A stretch of 64,000 bases of DNA, taken from positions 41,852 to 105,851 of the forward strand of contig SLSZ01000143.1 of assembly GCA_007130125.1 (NCBI GenBank). The letters run 5' to 3'. Position 1 is the stretch's first letter. Every line of letters begins with the position of its first letter. Shown piece after piece: positions 1-8,500 of this stretch. The stretch comes from Bacteroidales bacterium. GTDB taxonomy: Bacteria > Bacteroidota > Bacteroidia > Bacteroidales > UBA7960. Below the pieces are notes generated by a model. It saw only the letters and a list, made by a program, of their open reading frames with translations. It did no database searches and had not been told where the DNA came from. The position numbers and the translations under genes were made by a program.

Positions 1-588
1 AACACTTTGTTGTTCATCTATTGCTCTAAAATTGAAAATTTCAATTTCCATATCTGCTTCCGTGAAACTTACTGTTTCTCCAACCCGGACTTCTTCTTTT
101 CTGTGGGTTCTGCTGTTAATCTCATACGACAAAACAACTTTTTTTTCATCAATGAAATCAACAAATATTGGAATGCCGTAAATAGAAGGGCATTTTACAT
201 TTGCCTGAACCTTGAAGGGTGAGTTACGGTAGAGCTCAAAATTAAGGAAGCTGCCTTTGGAGTAATAGCTGGTTTCAAGAGGTAATCTTTCAAGTGCTCT
301 TTGTATAAAAACCTGTGAACGCATTAATTCGATCTGCTTAGCAATGTCATCGTCAAAGAATGTTTTTGTCGGCAGGATGCTTTTTGCCTGGTCTTCAGTA
401 CTTATTTGCAGGACAGATGATGTTTGATAAACCGGAGGTGTATAGCGCAGATAAACAAAAGAACTTGCCACTGCCAGTAAAATAAATGCCAGCAAAAACA
501 ACATATTCTTTTTTGCAATAAAAAAAAGAAGTTTTAAGTCAAGCTCATCATTTATTGTAGATATTTTTCTAAGGTTGCTTTTGTTCAT
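1..588 (-). CDS. Polysaccharide chain-length determinant / tyrosine autokinase family protein (Wzz/GumC-like), N-terminal 196 codons; gene runs off the window start
   Basis: The minus-strand frame is open from ATG (588-586) to position 1. Hand translation: MNKSNLRKISTINDELDLKLLFFIAKKNMLFLLAFILLAVASSFVYLRYTPPVYQTSSVLQISTEDQAKS... It has a single N-terminal TM helix followed by the YLRYTPPVY-type Wzz pattern. It starts 3 nt after the stop of the Wza-like gene. It is absent from the ORF track because there is no stop inside the window. Confidence 0.7.
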   Translation of the reverse strand, partial: MNKSNLRKISTINDELDLKLLFFIAKKNMLFLLAFILLAVASSFVYLRYTPPVYQTSSVLQISTEDQAKSILPTKTFFDDDIAKQIELMRSQVFIQRALERLPLETSYYSKGSFLNFELYRNSPFKVQANVKCPSIYGIPIFVDFIDEKKVVLSYEINSRTHRKEEVRVGETVSFTEADMEIEIFNFRAIDEQQSV

Positions 589-591
589 TTT

Positions 592-1338
592 TTAATTGAT
601 CAATGTATAAATCAAAAGTAAAGTAGATGTTAATGTCAGATATGGTGTAACATGTTCAAGTATTCTTTGCGGCACTCTTTCTCTTGGGTCAACATAAATG
701 ATGTCATTTGCTTGTAAAACGAAGTTTGCGCTTTCAACGCCATCAATTTTTGAGAGATCAATCATATATACTTTGGGATTATCAGGCTTACCTCTTATTA
801 ACTTTACACTGTGGGCTTTGCCGTCTTTAATCCCACCAGACATTGCCAATGCTTCAAAAAGCGTAGTGTTGGTGTTTTCAAGGTAAATGACCTGCGATGA
901 ACCTCCACGGCCACCCGGAAAGATTATAACCCTGTTGTTTGTAACCCGTAGCTGCACGAAAGGCCTGTTGTAATAAGCAGAATACTCTTCTTCCAGCATC
1001 TTTTCAGCTTCACGCAGTGTATAGCCCGCCATATTAACTCTGCCTAAAACAGGCAACTTTACCTTTCCGTCATGTTCAACAAGATAAATAGTTTCTCTAC
1101 GTGTAGTCTGACGAAGCATTGATTGATCAAGCGGGTCAATAAGAAGCTCACCTTTATTTGTGAAAAGCTGGAAAAAAATTTCATCATTTGGTGCGATACG
1201 ATATTCTTCTACTTTTTCAAGATCTTCAATGTCGGAAAACTCATATGACCTTGGAGTGCGTAACATTTGTTCGGGTGTCAGCACCTTGCAGGATGTAAAA
1301 AATGTCAAACCAACTATTATAACTATGATTTGTCTCAT
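592..1338 (-). CDS. Polysaccharide biosynthesis/export protein (Wza-like, Poly_export + SLBB domains)
   Basis: 248 aa. Signal/lipoprotein-like N-terminus (FFTSCKV). Poly_export-like EYRIAPNDEIFFQLF motif. SLBB-like VKLPVLGRVNMAGYTLREAEKML. Lies immediately upstream of the Wzz-like gene. Confidence 0.85.
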   Translation of the reverse strand: MRQIIVIIVGLTFFTSCKVLTPEQMLRTPRSYEFSDIEDLEKVEEYRIAPNDEIFFQLFTNKGELLIDPLDQSMLRQTTRRETIYLVEHDGKVKLPVLGRVNMAGYTLREAEKMLEEEYSAYYNRPFVQLRVTNNRVIIFPGGRGGSSQVIYLENTNTTLFEALAMSGGIKDGKAHSVKLIRGKPDNPKVYMIDLSKIDGVESANFVLQANDIIYVDPRERVPQRILEHVTPYLTLTSTLLLIYTLIN

Positions 1339-1364
1339 TGTTTCCTGGGATTTTTATCAGGCAA

Positions 1365-1372
1365 CAAAATTA
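1365..1372 (-). promoter_or_regulatory. Candidate Bacteroidota -7 promoter box (TAATTTTG on minus strand)
   Basis: Matches TAnnTTTG, 26 nt upstream of the Wza-like start codon. Confidence 0.35.
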
Positions 1373-1493
1373 ATAAAACCTTTTGGAATAAACAGTTTTA
1401 TTATTAAAAAGCGATAATGATGTTTTTGTGAATTGTTTTTATTATCAATTAAAGAAAATGGTGATGTTTGGATACAATTATACTACAAATTTT

Positions 1494-1501
1494 TAACTTT
1501 G
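1494..1501 (+). promoter_or_regulatory. Candidate -7 promoter box TAACTTTG upstream of metG
   Basis: Matches TAnnTTTG. A TTTG (1467-1470) lies about 23 nt upstream as a possible -33 element. The box is 85 nt before the ATG at 1587. Confidence 0.4.
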
Positions 1502-1586
1502 CCTGCTTGATATTGAAAACGTTTTTTGCATTATTTTGCACACCAGGTATTATTATTTGAAATTCAGAACATTATACTCCAAAGTT

Positions 1587-3662
1587 ATGTCAAAAAAAAA
1601 CACAGAAACTTCGAAAAAGTTTAAAAGATATACTGTGACTTCTGCTCTGCCATATGCCAATGGCCCTATACACATAGGCCATCTTGCCGGGGTATATGTT
1701 CCTGCAGACATTTACTCTCGTTATTTAAGGTTGAAGGGTGAGGATGTTGTTTCTATATGTGGTAGCGATGAACACGGAGTGCCAATAACTATAAAAGCAC
1801 GTAATGAAGGGGTTACACCAAAAGAAATTGTGGATAAGTATCACAGCATGATTGAAAAATCTTTTCGCGAATTTGGTATTTCTTTTGATATATACAGCCG
1901 TACTTCATTAGACCTCCATCATCAGACGGCATCAAATATATTTCGCACACTATACGATAAAGGTAAGTTGTTGGAGAAAGAGACTGATCAATACTACGAT
2001 GAAGAAAACAAGCAGTTTCTTGCTGACCGGTACATTGTTGGTGTTTGCCCTGTTTGCAGTTATGAGAAAGCTTATGGTGACCAGTGTGAGAGCTGCGGTT
2101 CTTCTTTAAGTCCAAATGAGTTGAAAAACCCCCGGTCGATGTTAAGCGGCAACAAACCAGTTATGAAAAAAACCCGACATTGGTATCTTCCGCTTGATGA
2201 ATATGAGCCAATGTTAAGGCAATGGATACTTGAAGAAAATAAAAATACCTGGAAATCTAATGTATACGGGCAATGCAAGTCCTGGATCGATACCGGTTTA
2301 AAACCAAGAGCTGTAACAAGAGATTTGAACTGGGGGGTAAAAGTACCTATAGAAAATACGGAAGGCAAAGTATTATATGTTTGGTTTGATGCCCCGATAG
2401 GCTATATTTCCGCTACACGCCAGTGGGCCGAACAAAAAAATGTTGATTGGGAACCATACTGGAAAGACAAAGACACAAAACTCGTTCATTTTATCGGTAA
2501 AGACAACATAGTATTTCACTGTATTATATTTCCCGTAATTCTTTATGCCGAAGGCACATATATTTTGCCGGATAATGTTCCGGCAAATGAGTTTTTGAAT
2601 CTCGAAGGGGACAAAATCTCAACATCCAGAAACTGGGCTGTGTGGCTGCATGAATATCTTGAAGAGTTCCCAGGCAAACAGGATGTTTTGAGGTATGTGT
2701 TGTGTGCTTCTGCTCCCGAAGCGAAAGACAATGATTTTACATGGAGAGATTTCCAGTCGCGTAACAACAATGAATTACTTGCGATATTTGGAAACTTTGT
2801 AAATCGCACACTTGTTCTTACCCATAAGTATTACAATGGTGTTGTGCCTCCTTTGGCGAACCCGGCTGAAGAAGAACTAAATATCAAAGAAGAAATTACA
2901 GCCTTTGCCGATCGCATTGGCAACAGTATTGATAATTATAAATTCAGGGAAGCCCTCAGCCAGATGATGGGGCTGGCAAGATTGGGGAACAAGTATATGA
3001 CAGACTCTGAACCATGGAAAATCAAAAAAACTGAACCCGAAAGAGTAAAGAATATTTTGAATTGTTGTCTGCAGATTTGCGCAGTACTATCAATTATAAG
3101 CGAGCCTTTCCTTCCTTTTACTGCTAAGAAGTTGAAACAAATGCTCAATTTGCCTGATTTGAATTGGGAATCTGCAAAAGATAATAACCTGTTACCAGAA
3201 GGGCATAATATTAATGAACCTCAATTGTTATTTGATAAGATAGAAGATCGCCAGGTTGAGGAACAGGTTAAAAAGCTTCATAATGCCAGGCGCGAAAACG
3301 AAGAAAAAGAGAAATCTGACCTGGAATCAATTAAACCACACATTAAGTTTGATGATTTTGCTAAATTGGACTTGAGAGCAGCAACAATATTGAAAGCCGA
3401 AAAAGTCAGCAAAACAAAAAAACTTCTAAAGCTTTTAGTTGACACTGGAGTGGATAAACGGACCATCGTGGCCGGAATTGCCGAACAATATGACCCAGAA
3501 GAAATAACAGGGCAAAGAGTTGTAGTTTTGGTTAATCTTGAACCCCGTAATATCAAGGGAATCCCTTCTGAAGGAATGTTGATGATGGCCCAGGATACAA
3601 ATGGTAAGCTAACTTTTGTATCTGTTGATAAAGACTGTGAAAATGGGGCAACAATAGCATGA
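1587..3662 (+). CDS. metG: Methionine--tRNA ligase
   Basis: Class I synthetase motifs: [15 protein letters not shown] (HIGH) and KISTSRNW (KMSKS-type). Zn knuckle [19 protein letters not shown]-terminal tRNA-binding (EMAP/Trbp111-like) domain. The track start at 1536 is a TTG; I prefer ATG 1587 ([18 protein letters not shown]...). Confidence 0.97.
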   Translation: MSKKNTETSKKFKRYTVTSALPYANGPIHIGHLAGVYVPADIYSRYLRLKGEDVVSICGSDEHGVPITIKARNEGVTPKEIVDKYHSMIEKSFREFGISFDIYSRTSLDLHHQTASNIFRTLYDKGKLLEKETDQYYDEENKQFLADRYIVGVCPVCSYEKAYGDQCESCGSSLSPNELKNPRSMLSGNKPVMKKTRHWYLPLDEYEPMLRQWILEENKNTWKSNVYGQCKSWIDTGLKPRAVTRDLNWGVKVPIENTEGKVLYVWFDAPIGYISATRQWAEQKNVDWEPYWKDKDTKLVHFIGKDNIVFHCIIFPVILYAEGTYILPDNVPANEFLNLEGDKISTSRNWAVWLHEYLEEFPGKQDVLRYVLCASAPEAKDNDFTWRDFQSRNNNELLAIFGNFVNRTLVLTHKYYNGVVPPLANPAEEELNIKEEITAFADRIGNSIDNYKFREALSQMMGLARLGNKYMTDSEPWKIKKTEPERVKNILNCCLQICAVLSIISEPFLPFTAKKLKQMLNLPDLNWESAKDNNLLPEGHNINEPQLLFDKIEDRQVEEQVKKLHNARRENEEKEKSDLESIKPHIKFDDFAKLDLRAATILKAEKVSKTKKLLKLLVDTGVDKRTIVAGIAEQYDPEEITGQRVVVLVNLEPRNIKGIPSEGMLMMAQDTNGKLTFVSVDKDCENGATIA

Positions 3663-3742
3663 CTCTTTTAGCGGTTTGTCGCAAAATAAACGCCATATAT
3701 CCAAATTAGGCGAAAATATTTTTTAAAATATTTTGTTTTCAT

Positions 3743-3750
3743 TAGCTTTG
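3743..3750 (+). promoter_or_regulatory. Candidate -7 promoter box TAGCTTTG for the tRNA gene
   Basis: Matches TAnnTTTG and ends 13 nt before tRNA position 1. Confidence 0.45.
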
Positions 3751-3763
3751 CATTGAATTTTTT

Positions 3764-3835
3764 GGCCCCGTAGTTCAACGGATAGAATAGAAGTTTCCTA
3801 AACTTTAGATACAGGTTCGATTCCTGTCGGGGCTA
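3764..3835 (+). tRNA. tRNA-Arg (anticodon CCT)
   Basis: Hand-folded cloverleaf. Acceptor GGCCCCG/CGGGGCT (G1-U72). D arm GTTC/GAAT. Anticodon stem GAAGT/ACTTT with loop TTCCTAA (anticodon CCT). T arm ACAGG-TTCGATT-CCTGT. Discriminator A. CCA is not encoded. Confidence 0.9.
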
Positions 3836-3967
3836 CAATTAATTTTGTTTTAATTCAAGGATTTTAAAAGAGATCAATGGTTTTAAATAATCATGGTTTC
3901 TTTAAATTTGATTTAAAGTGAAATATATTGGAAATAATAATTAATAATTAATACTTATTAAACAATT

Positions 3968-4180
3968 ATGAACAGAAAAGAAGAAAGGCCAAGCAAAATA
4001 GCATATGAGAGACATTTAAATCAAAAAGGAATACCAGAAAAGCAAAAAAAGTCTAATGGTGGTAATATTCCTGATTATGTTAAATATGGGACTTGGCTTA
4101 GGGTAAATGACCCTGAACTTTTTGAAAAAGACTATCAGGACTGGAAAAAGAAAATGCGTGCTAAAATGCAACAAGATTAA
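3968..4180 (+). CDS. Hypothetical small basic protein (70 aa)
   Basis: ATG-initiated ORF in an otherwise empty, very AT-rich gap. Lys/Glu-rich, with no family recognised. Coding status is uncertain. Confidence 0.35.
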   Translation: MNRKEERPSKIAYERHLNQKGIPEKQKKSNGGNIPDYVKYGTWLRVNDPELFEKDYQDWKKKMRAKMQQD

Positions 4181-4301
4181 AGCAGGCTTTGTTCTTTTTT
4201 ATTTTAAATATTTTATTGAAACTATGTTAGTTATAGAATATTATACATATTAATATAGTTTTGCCATTAAACCCTATACGGCCGTTATTAAGAGCTGGAA
4301 G

Positions 4302-6479
4302 TCAGGTTTTTATACCAAGTATAGTTATGTCATCAATCTGTGGCTCATTCCCTTTCCAGGAGTGTAATTCTCTTTCCAAAATTTTACATTGTTCTTTTAA
4401 AGGCAAATAGCATATTTTTAGAAGATTCTCTTTAAGTCTTTTGCTTGTATAGCGTTTATTGGTTTTGTGGTTTAATTGATTATAATAACCGTCAGATAAA
4501 AGGTATAAAGACAGATCTTCACTGTTAAGTTTAATTATTTGCTTATTAAATCTTTTGTTATTTCTGTGCACGCCAATTGGAATACCATCACCTTTATAAA
4601 CTTTTATTTCTGCTTTCGGTTTAGATGTGTTTTTGTTAGTAAAATCGCCATTGTTGTTACCACTTTTACTCAAAATCCACAATTGACTTCTTGCTGCAGC
4701 AAAATGCAGTTCTTTGGTTGATTTATTATACAAACAGATTGAAATATCTACCCCCTCTCTGTGCTTATGTCCGGGGTTGTCCTGGTGTAATGCCGTAATA
4801 AAGCCAGATCTTAGCTGGTTAAGAATATTGCTCAGATCATACTCATTATGTTTGATTATAATATCATTTAGCAATGAAATTCCCAAAACACTCATAAAGG
4901 CTCCCGGGACTCCGTGTCCGGTGCAGTCGGCAACGGCGAAAATTATCCTGTCGTTGTCAATAGGATGCATCCAGTAAAAATCACCGCTTACTATATCACT
5001 TGGCTGTTCAAAAACAAAAACATCTTTGAAAAAACTGTAAAACGCTTTATTGTCTGGTAGCAGTGCTTTTTGAATGCTCTGGGCATATTTGATGCTGTCT
5101 TCAATCTTATTATTCTGGCTTATTATTTTTATGTTTTTGTTTTGTATGTCTTTATTTCTTTTTACTAACATAGTGTTTATTTTATTTTTTACATTTTTTT
5201 GATAAAACACTATAATAGTAAGCAGTATAACAATTACTAATCCGCTGCTAACTGCAAAAATTAACTGGTTTTTGACTCGTATTTCCGATTCTTTAAGCTG
5301 ATTTTCATTTTTCAGGTTTTCTATTTCCAATTGGTCTTGTTTGCTTTGATAACGTGTTTCAAGTTCTGCTATAGCTTTGGAAATTTCAACCGAGTGGAGG
5401 CTGTCTTTATTGGTTATATATAGGTCAGCATAGTGAGCTGCCCAATAATGATTATTTAATTTTTTATAGGCTTTTCTTAAATGGTTATATGATTGAACTA
5501 TGCTGTTTAAAGCGTTTATGTTGGTTGCAATATTTAATCCTTTTTCTGCATAGGCAACGCTTGTTTCATAGTTTTTCATTTTGTAATACAAGTCAGCGAT
5601 ATTGTTATATGAAGCTGCAGTTCCCTTTAAGTCGCCAGCTTCGTTATGTAGCTCAAGGGATTTTTTATAAATCTCCATAGCTTCGGTTAATTTACCTTTT
5701 CTGACATAAACCATAGCTGTATTATTATGTGTCTGGGCTAAACCTCTTGTATTATTTAAAGCCAAAAAGATTTTGCCGGCTTCATCATAGTGGCTCAGAG
5801 CATCGGCAAGCTTTTCTTTGGCCAGATAAACTGACCCCATATTCATCAAAGCTATTCCAATACGAAGCTCATTTTCTTGCTTTTTAAAATAATTGAGAGC
5901 ATTTTCGTAGTATTTTAGTGCAAGTGAATAGTTTTTTTCAATATTATGAATAATACCTATATTGTTATGGCAAGCAGCAATCCCCCTTTCATTACCAATT
6001 TCCATGTTGATGTTCAAGGCTTTTTGATAATACTCAAGTGCATGTATGTTATTGCCCAAACTTCGGTTAAGTGCTCCAAGACTGGAATATGTTGAAGCCA
6101 AGCCCTTCTTGTTGCCGGTTTCTAAAAACACATCCAAAGCCATATTTAAATATAAGCTTGCGGCTGTAAAATTTCCTGTCTGTCTGTAAACGACTCCCTT
6201 ATATCTTAATGCTGTCCCTTCCAGCTCTCTGGTCCTGTAATCCTGTTTTTTGCTGTTTTTTGTTAATTCATAAGCAAGGTTATAATAATATAATGCTGAA
6301 TCAGATATGCTGTACTCATAATAATCACCTATTTGTATCAGAAGGTCTGCTTTAACAGTATCGGAAGTTGCTTCTCGATATTTTAACTGCAGGCTGTCAA
6401 CATTTGAAGCGTTGAGAAAAGCAAATCCAATTTTTAATATAAAACAAAAAAGCAATATTTTTTTATTTGTTAAAATCAT
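4302..6479 (-). CDS. TPR-repeat sensor protein with C-terminal PP2C/SpoIIE-type serine phosphatase domain
   Basis: 725 aa. Order of parts: signal/TM, about 8 TPR units (repeating A..YYxxAL...G pattern), a coiled coil, a TM helix (LIFAVSSGLVIVILLTIIVFY), then SpoIIE-like motifs (VSGDFYW, AVADCTGHGVPGA, LLSDGY, DDITILG). Confidence 0.85.
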   Translation of the reverse strand: MILTNKKILLFCFILKIGFAFLNASNVDSLQLKYREATSDTVKADLLIQIGDYYEYSISDSALYYYNLAYELTKNSKKQDYRTRELEGTALRYKGVVYRQTGNFTAASLYLNMALDVFLETGNKKGLASTYSSLGALNRSLGNNIHALEYYQKALNINMEIGNERGIAACHNNIGIIHNIEKNYSLALKYYENALNYFKKQENELRIGIALMNMGSVYLAKEKLADALSHYDEAGKIFLALNNTRGLAQTHNNTAMVYVRKGKLTEAMEIYKKSLELHNEAGDLKGTAASYNNIADLYYKMKNYETSVAYAEKGLNIATNINALNSIVQSYNHLRKAYKKLNNHYWAAHYADLYITNKDSLHSVEISKAIAELETRYQSKQDQLEIENLKNENQLKESEIRVKNQLIFAVSSGLVIVILLTIIVFYQKNVKNKINTMLVKRNKDIQNKNIKIISQNNKIEDSIKYAQSIQKALLPDNKAFYSFFKDVFVFEQPSDIVSGDFYWMHPIDNDRIIFAVADCTGHGVPGAFMSVLGISLLNDIIIKHNEYDLSNILNQLRSGFITALHQDNPGHKHREGVDISICLYNKSTKELHFAAARSQLWILSKSGNNNGDFTNKNTSKPKAEIKVYKGDGIPIGVHRNNKRFNKQIIKLNSEDLSLYLLSDGYYNQLNHKTNKRYTSKRLKENLLKICYLPLKEQCKILERELHSWKGNEPQIDDITILGIKT

Positions 6480-6754
6480 AGTTGTCAGAATTATTTATTA
6501 CTTGCAAACATTCTTAATATAAAAAGTCTCTTGACGTTTTAGGAAACATTGCATTTGTGAATGAAAACAACATGTGTATATTTTTATGATTGGCTGAATT
6601 ATTTAATAAAGTCAGCTTAAATTCGCAAATATTGGCCGCAAGATAAGATATAATTCGATAAATTTTTGTGTAGAAACACGGATAAATTTTACAATGTTTA
6701 CGGTTGTAGATCAACTTGTTTGATTAAGTTTGGGTTTATTTAGATTTTATGAAT

Positions 6755-6762
6755 TAATTTTG
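6755..6762 (+). promoter_or_regulatory. Candidate -7 promoter box TAATTTTG
   Basis: Matches TAnnTTTG, 26 nt upstream of ATG 6789. A second match, TAAGTTTG, lies at 6725-6732. Confidence 0.4.
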
Positions 6763-6788
6763 CATTTTTGCATTTAAATAAAAGCTAA

Positions 6789-8285
6789 ATGCTGAATCCA
6801 TTAAAACGACTTGCCGGGCAAACAGCCATTTATGGAACCAGTAGTATAATTGGGCGATTGCTTAACTATCTTCTTGTACCTCTTTACACTCGTGTTTTCG
6901 CTACGCAGGACTATGGTGTAGTAGTAGAAATGTATTCATATGTTGCTTTTTTGCTAGTGGTACTTACATATGGAATGGAAACAGCCTTTTTCAGATTTGC
7001 CGAAAGGGAGGATCAATCAAAGGGAACGGTGTTCAGCACTACTTTGATATCAGTGCTGGCAACATCAACTTTGTTTGTGATTTTGGTATTTTTTAATAGT
7101 GACCAGTTGGCTGCATTGGTTCGTTATCCCCAGAATCCTGAGTATGTTAAATGGCTGGCTTTAATAATAGGTCTGGATGCGCTTAGTTTTATTCCTTTTG
7201 CCAAACTGCGGGCAGAAAATAGAGCAATACGTTTTGCCACAGTGAAATTTATAAGTATTGGTACAAACATAACCCTCAACTTATTCTTCATTGTTTTTTG
7301 TCCGTGGGTAATAAATAGTGAATATGGTTTATTAGCGGAGTTCATTAGCAGCTTTTATGATCCTGCAATAGGGGTAGGATATATATTCATTTCAAATCTT
7401 GTTGCCAGCATTGTAACTGTTGTTCTTTTATTACCACAAATTGTCTACTCCAACTGGAATCTTAACTTTACCTTGTGGGGGCATATGATAATATATGCTT
7501 TGCCTCTTCTTATTGGCGGACTTGCAGGAGTTGCAAATGAAGCGCTGGATAAATTGCTGCTAAAATATATGTTACCCAAAGACATTGCTATGTCACAGGT
7601 AGGCATATATGGTGCCTGCTATAAAATCTCTATAATGATGACTATTTTCATACAGGCCTTTAGATACGCTGCTGAACCATTTTTCTTTGCTTATGCAAAA
7701 TCAAAAAATGCAAAAGAGCTTTATGGTGAAATAATGAAGTACTTTGTAATAGTTTGCCTGTTTATTTTTCTGGCAATAATGTTGTTTATTGATATTGTAC
7801 AGCATTTTGTTGGTGAGCAATACCGTGAAGGGCTTGTAGTTGTTCCAATATTGCTTATAGCAAACATGTTTTTAGGGGTTTATTTTAATCTTTCAATATG
7901 GTATAAGTTAACCGGGAGAACACATTTTGGAGCAATTTTCGCGATCACAGGGGCTTTAATTACCGTAGTATTGAATATATGGTGGATACCAATTTTTGGT
8001 TATGTCGGCTCAGCATGGGCAACATTGGTTTGTTATTTGTCAATGACGGCAATTTCCTATTTTACCGGTAAAAAATATTATCCTATAAAATATAATGTGC
8101 CTAAAATATTGGTATATATGCTACTTGGAATTGCAGTATACCTGCTAAGCATTTTTATTAATGAGTTTGTCGTTGTTCCATATTTTTATATTAATGTTCC
8201 TTTGCTTTTTGCTTTCCTGGCAGTAATAGTTTTGACTGACAGGCCACTTAAAGAATTCCTGAATCAATTTATCGTGAAATCTTAA
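6789..8285 (+). CDS. Oligosaccharide/polysaccharide flippase family protein (MOP superfamily, Wzx-like)
   Basis: 498 aa, about 12-14 predicted TM helices. The N-terminus LKRLAGQTAIYGTSSIIGRLLNYLLVPLYTRVF is typical of polysaccharide biosynthesis (Wzx-type) proteins. Confidence 0.8.
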   Translation: MLNPLKRLAGQTAIYGTSSIIGRLLNYLLVPLYTRVFATQDYGVVVEMYSYVAFLLVVLTYGMETAFFRFAEREDQSKGTVFSTTLISVLATSTLFVILVFFNSDQLAALVRYPQNPEYVKWLALIIGLDALSFIPFAKLRAENRAIRFATVKFISIGTNITLNLFFIVFCPWVINSEYGLLAEFISSFYDPAIGVGYIFISNLVASIVTVVLLLPQIVYSNWNLNFTLWGHMIIYALPLLIGGLAGVANEALDKLLLKYMLPKDIAMSQVGIYGACYKISIMMTIFIQAFRYAAEPFFFAYAKSKNAKELYGEIMKYFVIVCLFIFLAIMLFIDIVQHFVGEQYREGLVVVPILLIANMFLGVYFNLSIWYKLTGRTHFGAIFAITGALITVVLNIWWIPIFGYVGSAWATLVCYLSMTAISYFTGKKYYPIKYNVPKILVYMLLGIAVYLLSIFINEFVVVPYFYINVPLLFAFLAVIVLTDRPLKEFLNQFIVKS

Positions 8286-8344
8286 AAACACAATCAGCTA
8301 CAACTTCCTTTTGTTAAGGGTTTTGTCTTTTGAGGAAAAATTTG

Positions 8345-8352
8345 TATTTTTG
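8345..8352 (+). promoter_or_regulatory. Candidate -7 promoter box TATTTTTG upstream of the KamA-family gene
   Basis: Matches TAnnTTTG, 148 nt upstream of ATG 8501. This implies a leader carrying several short hairpins (8398-8463). Confidence 0.3.
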
Positions 8353-8500
8353 AATTTTGCGAGAAGTTTTCTCTAAAATCCTGTTTAATTATAGATAAAC
8401 CGAATTGCGATACTTGCTGGAATCTTTAGCAATTTATTGAACAAAAAGTTTACTTGTTCGGTTAATTAACTAAACTATTATTGTTTAGTGATCGCATAGT

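Noticed and set aside
7-222. 71-aa + strand ORF at the window start
   Set aside because: The opposite strand is open for all 196 codons from 588 to 1 and translates to a convincing Wzz-type N-terminus. The + strand ORF is therefore a shadow.
1536-1586. Upstream TTG start for metG giving [17 protein letters not shown]...
   Set aside because: It is a non-ATG start with 17 extra residues of no similarity to MetRS N-termini. ATG 1587 gives the usual short lead-in to the HIGH motif.
3836-6479. Possible integrated mobile element at the 3' end of tRNA-Arg
   Set aside because: There is no integrase, recombinase, transposase or phage gene. I did not see a direct repeat of the tRNA 3' end downstream. 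I kept it only as a low-interest compositional observation.
8398-8463. Nested or alternative hairpins (AACCGAA/TTCGGTT, TTGCT/AGCAA, GAACAA/TTGTTC) in the KamA-gene leader, considered as a lysine-type riboswitch
   Set aside because: The stems are short and A/U-rich, the region is far smaller than a lysine riboswitch, and I see none of its conserved motifs. It is mentioned only as part of the long-leader observation.
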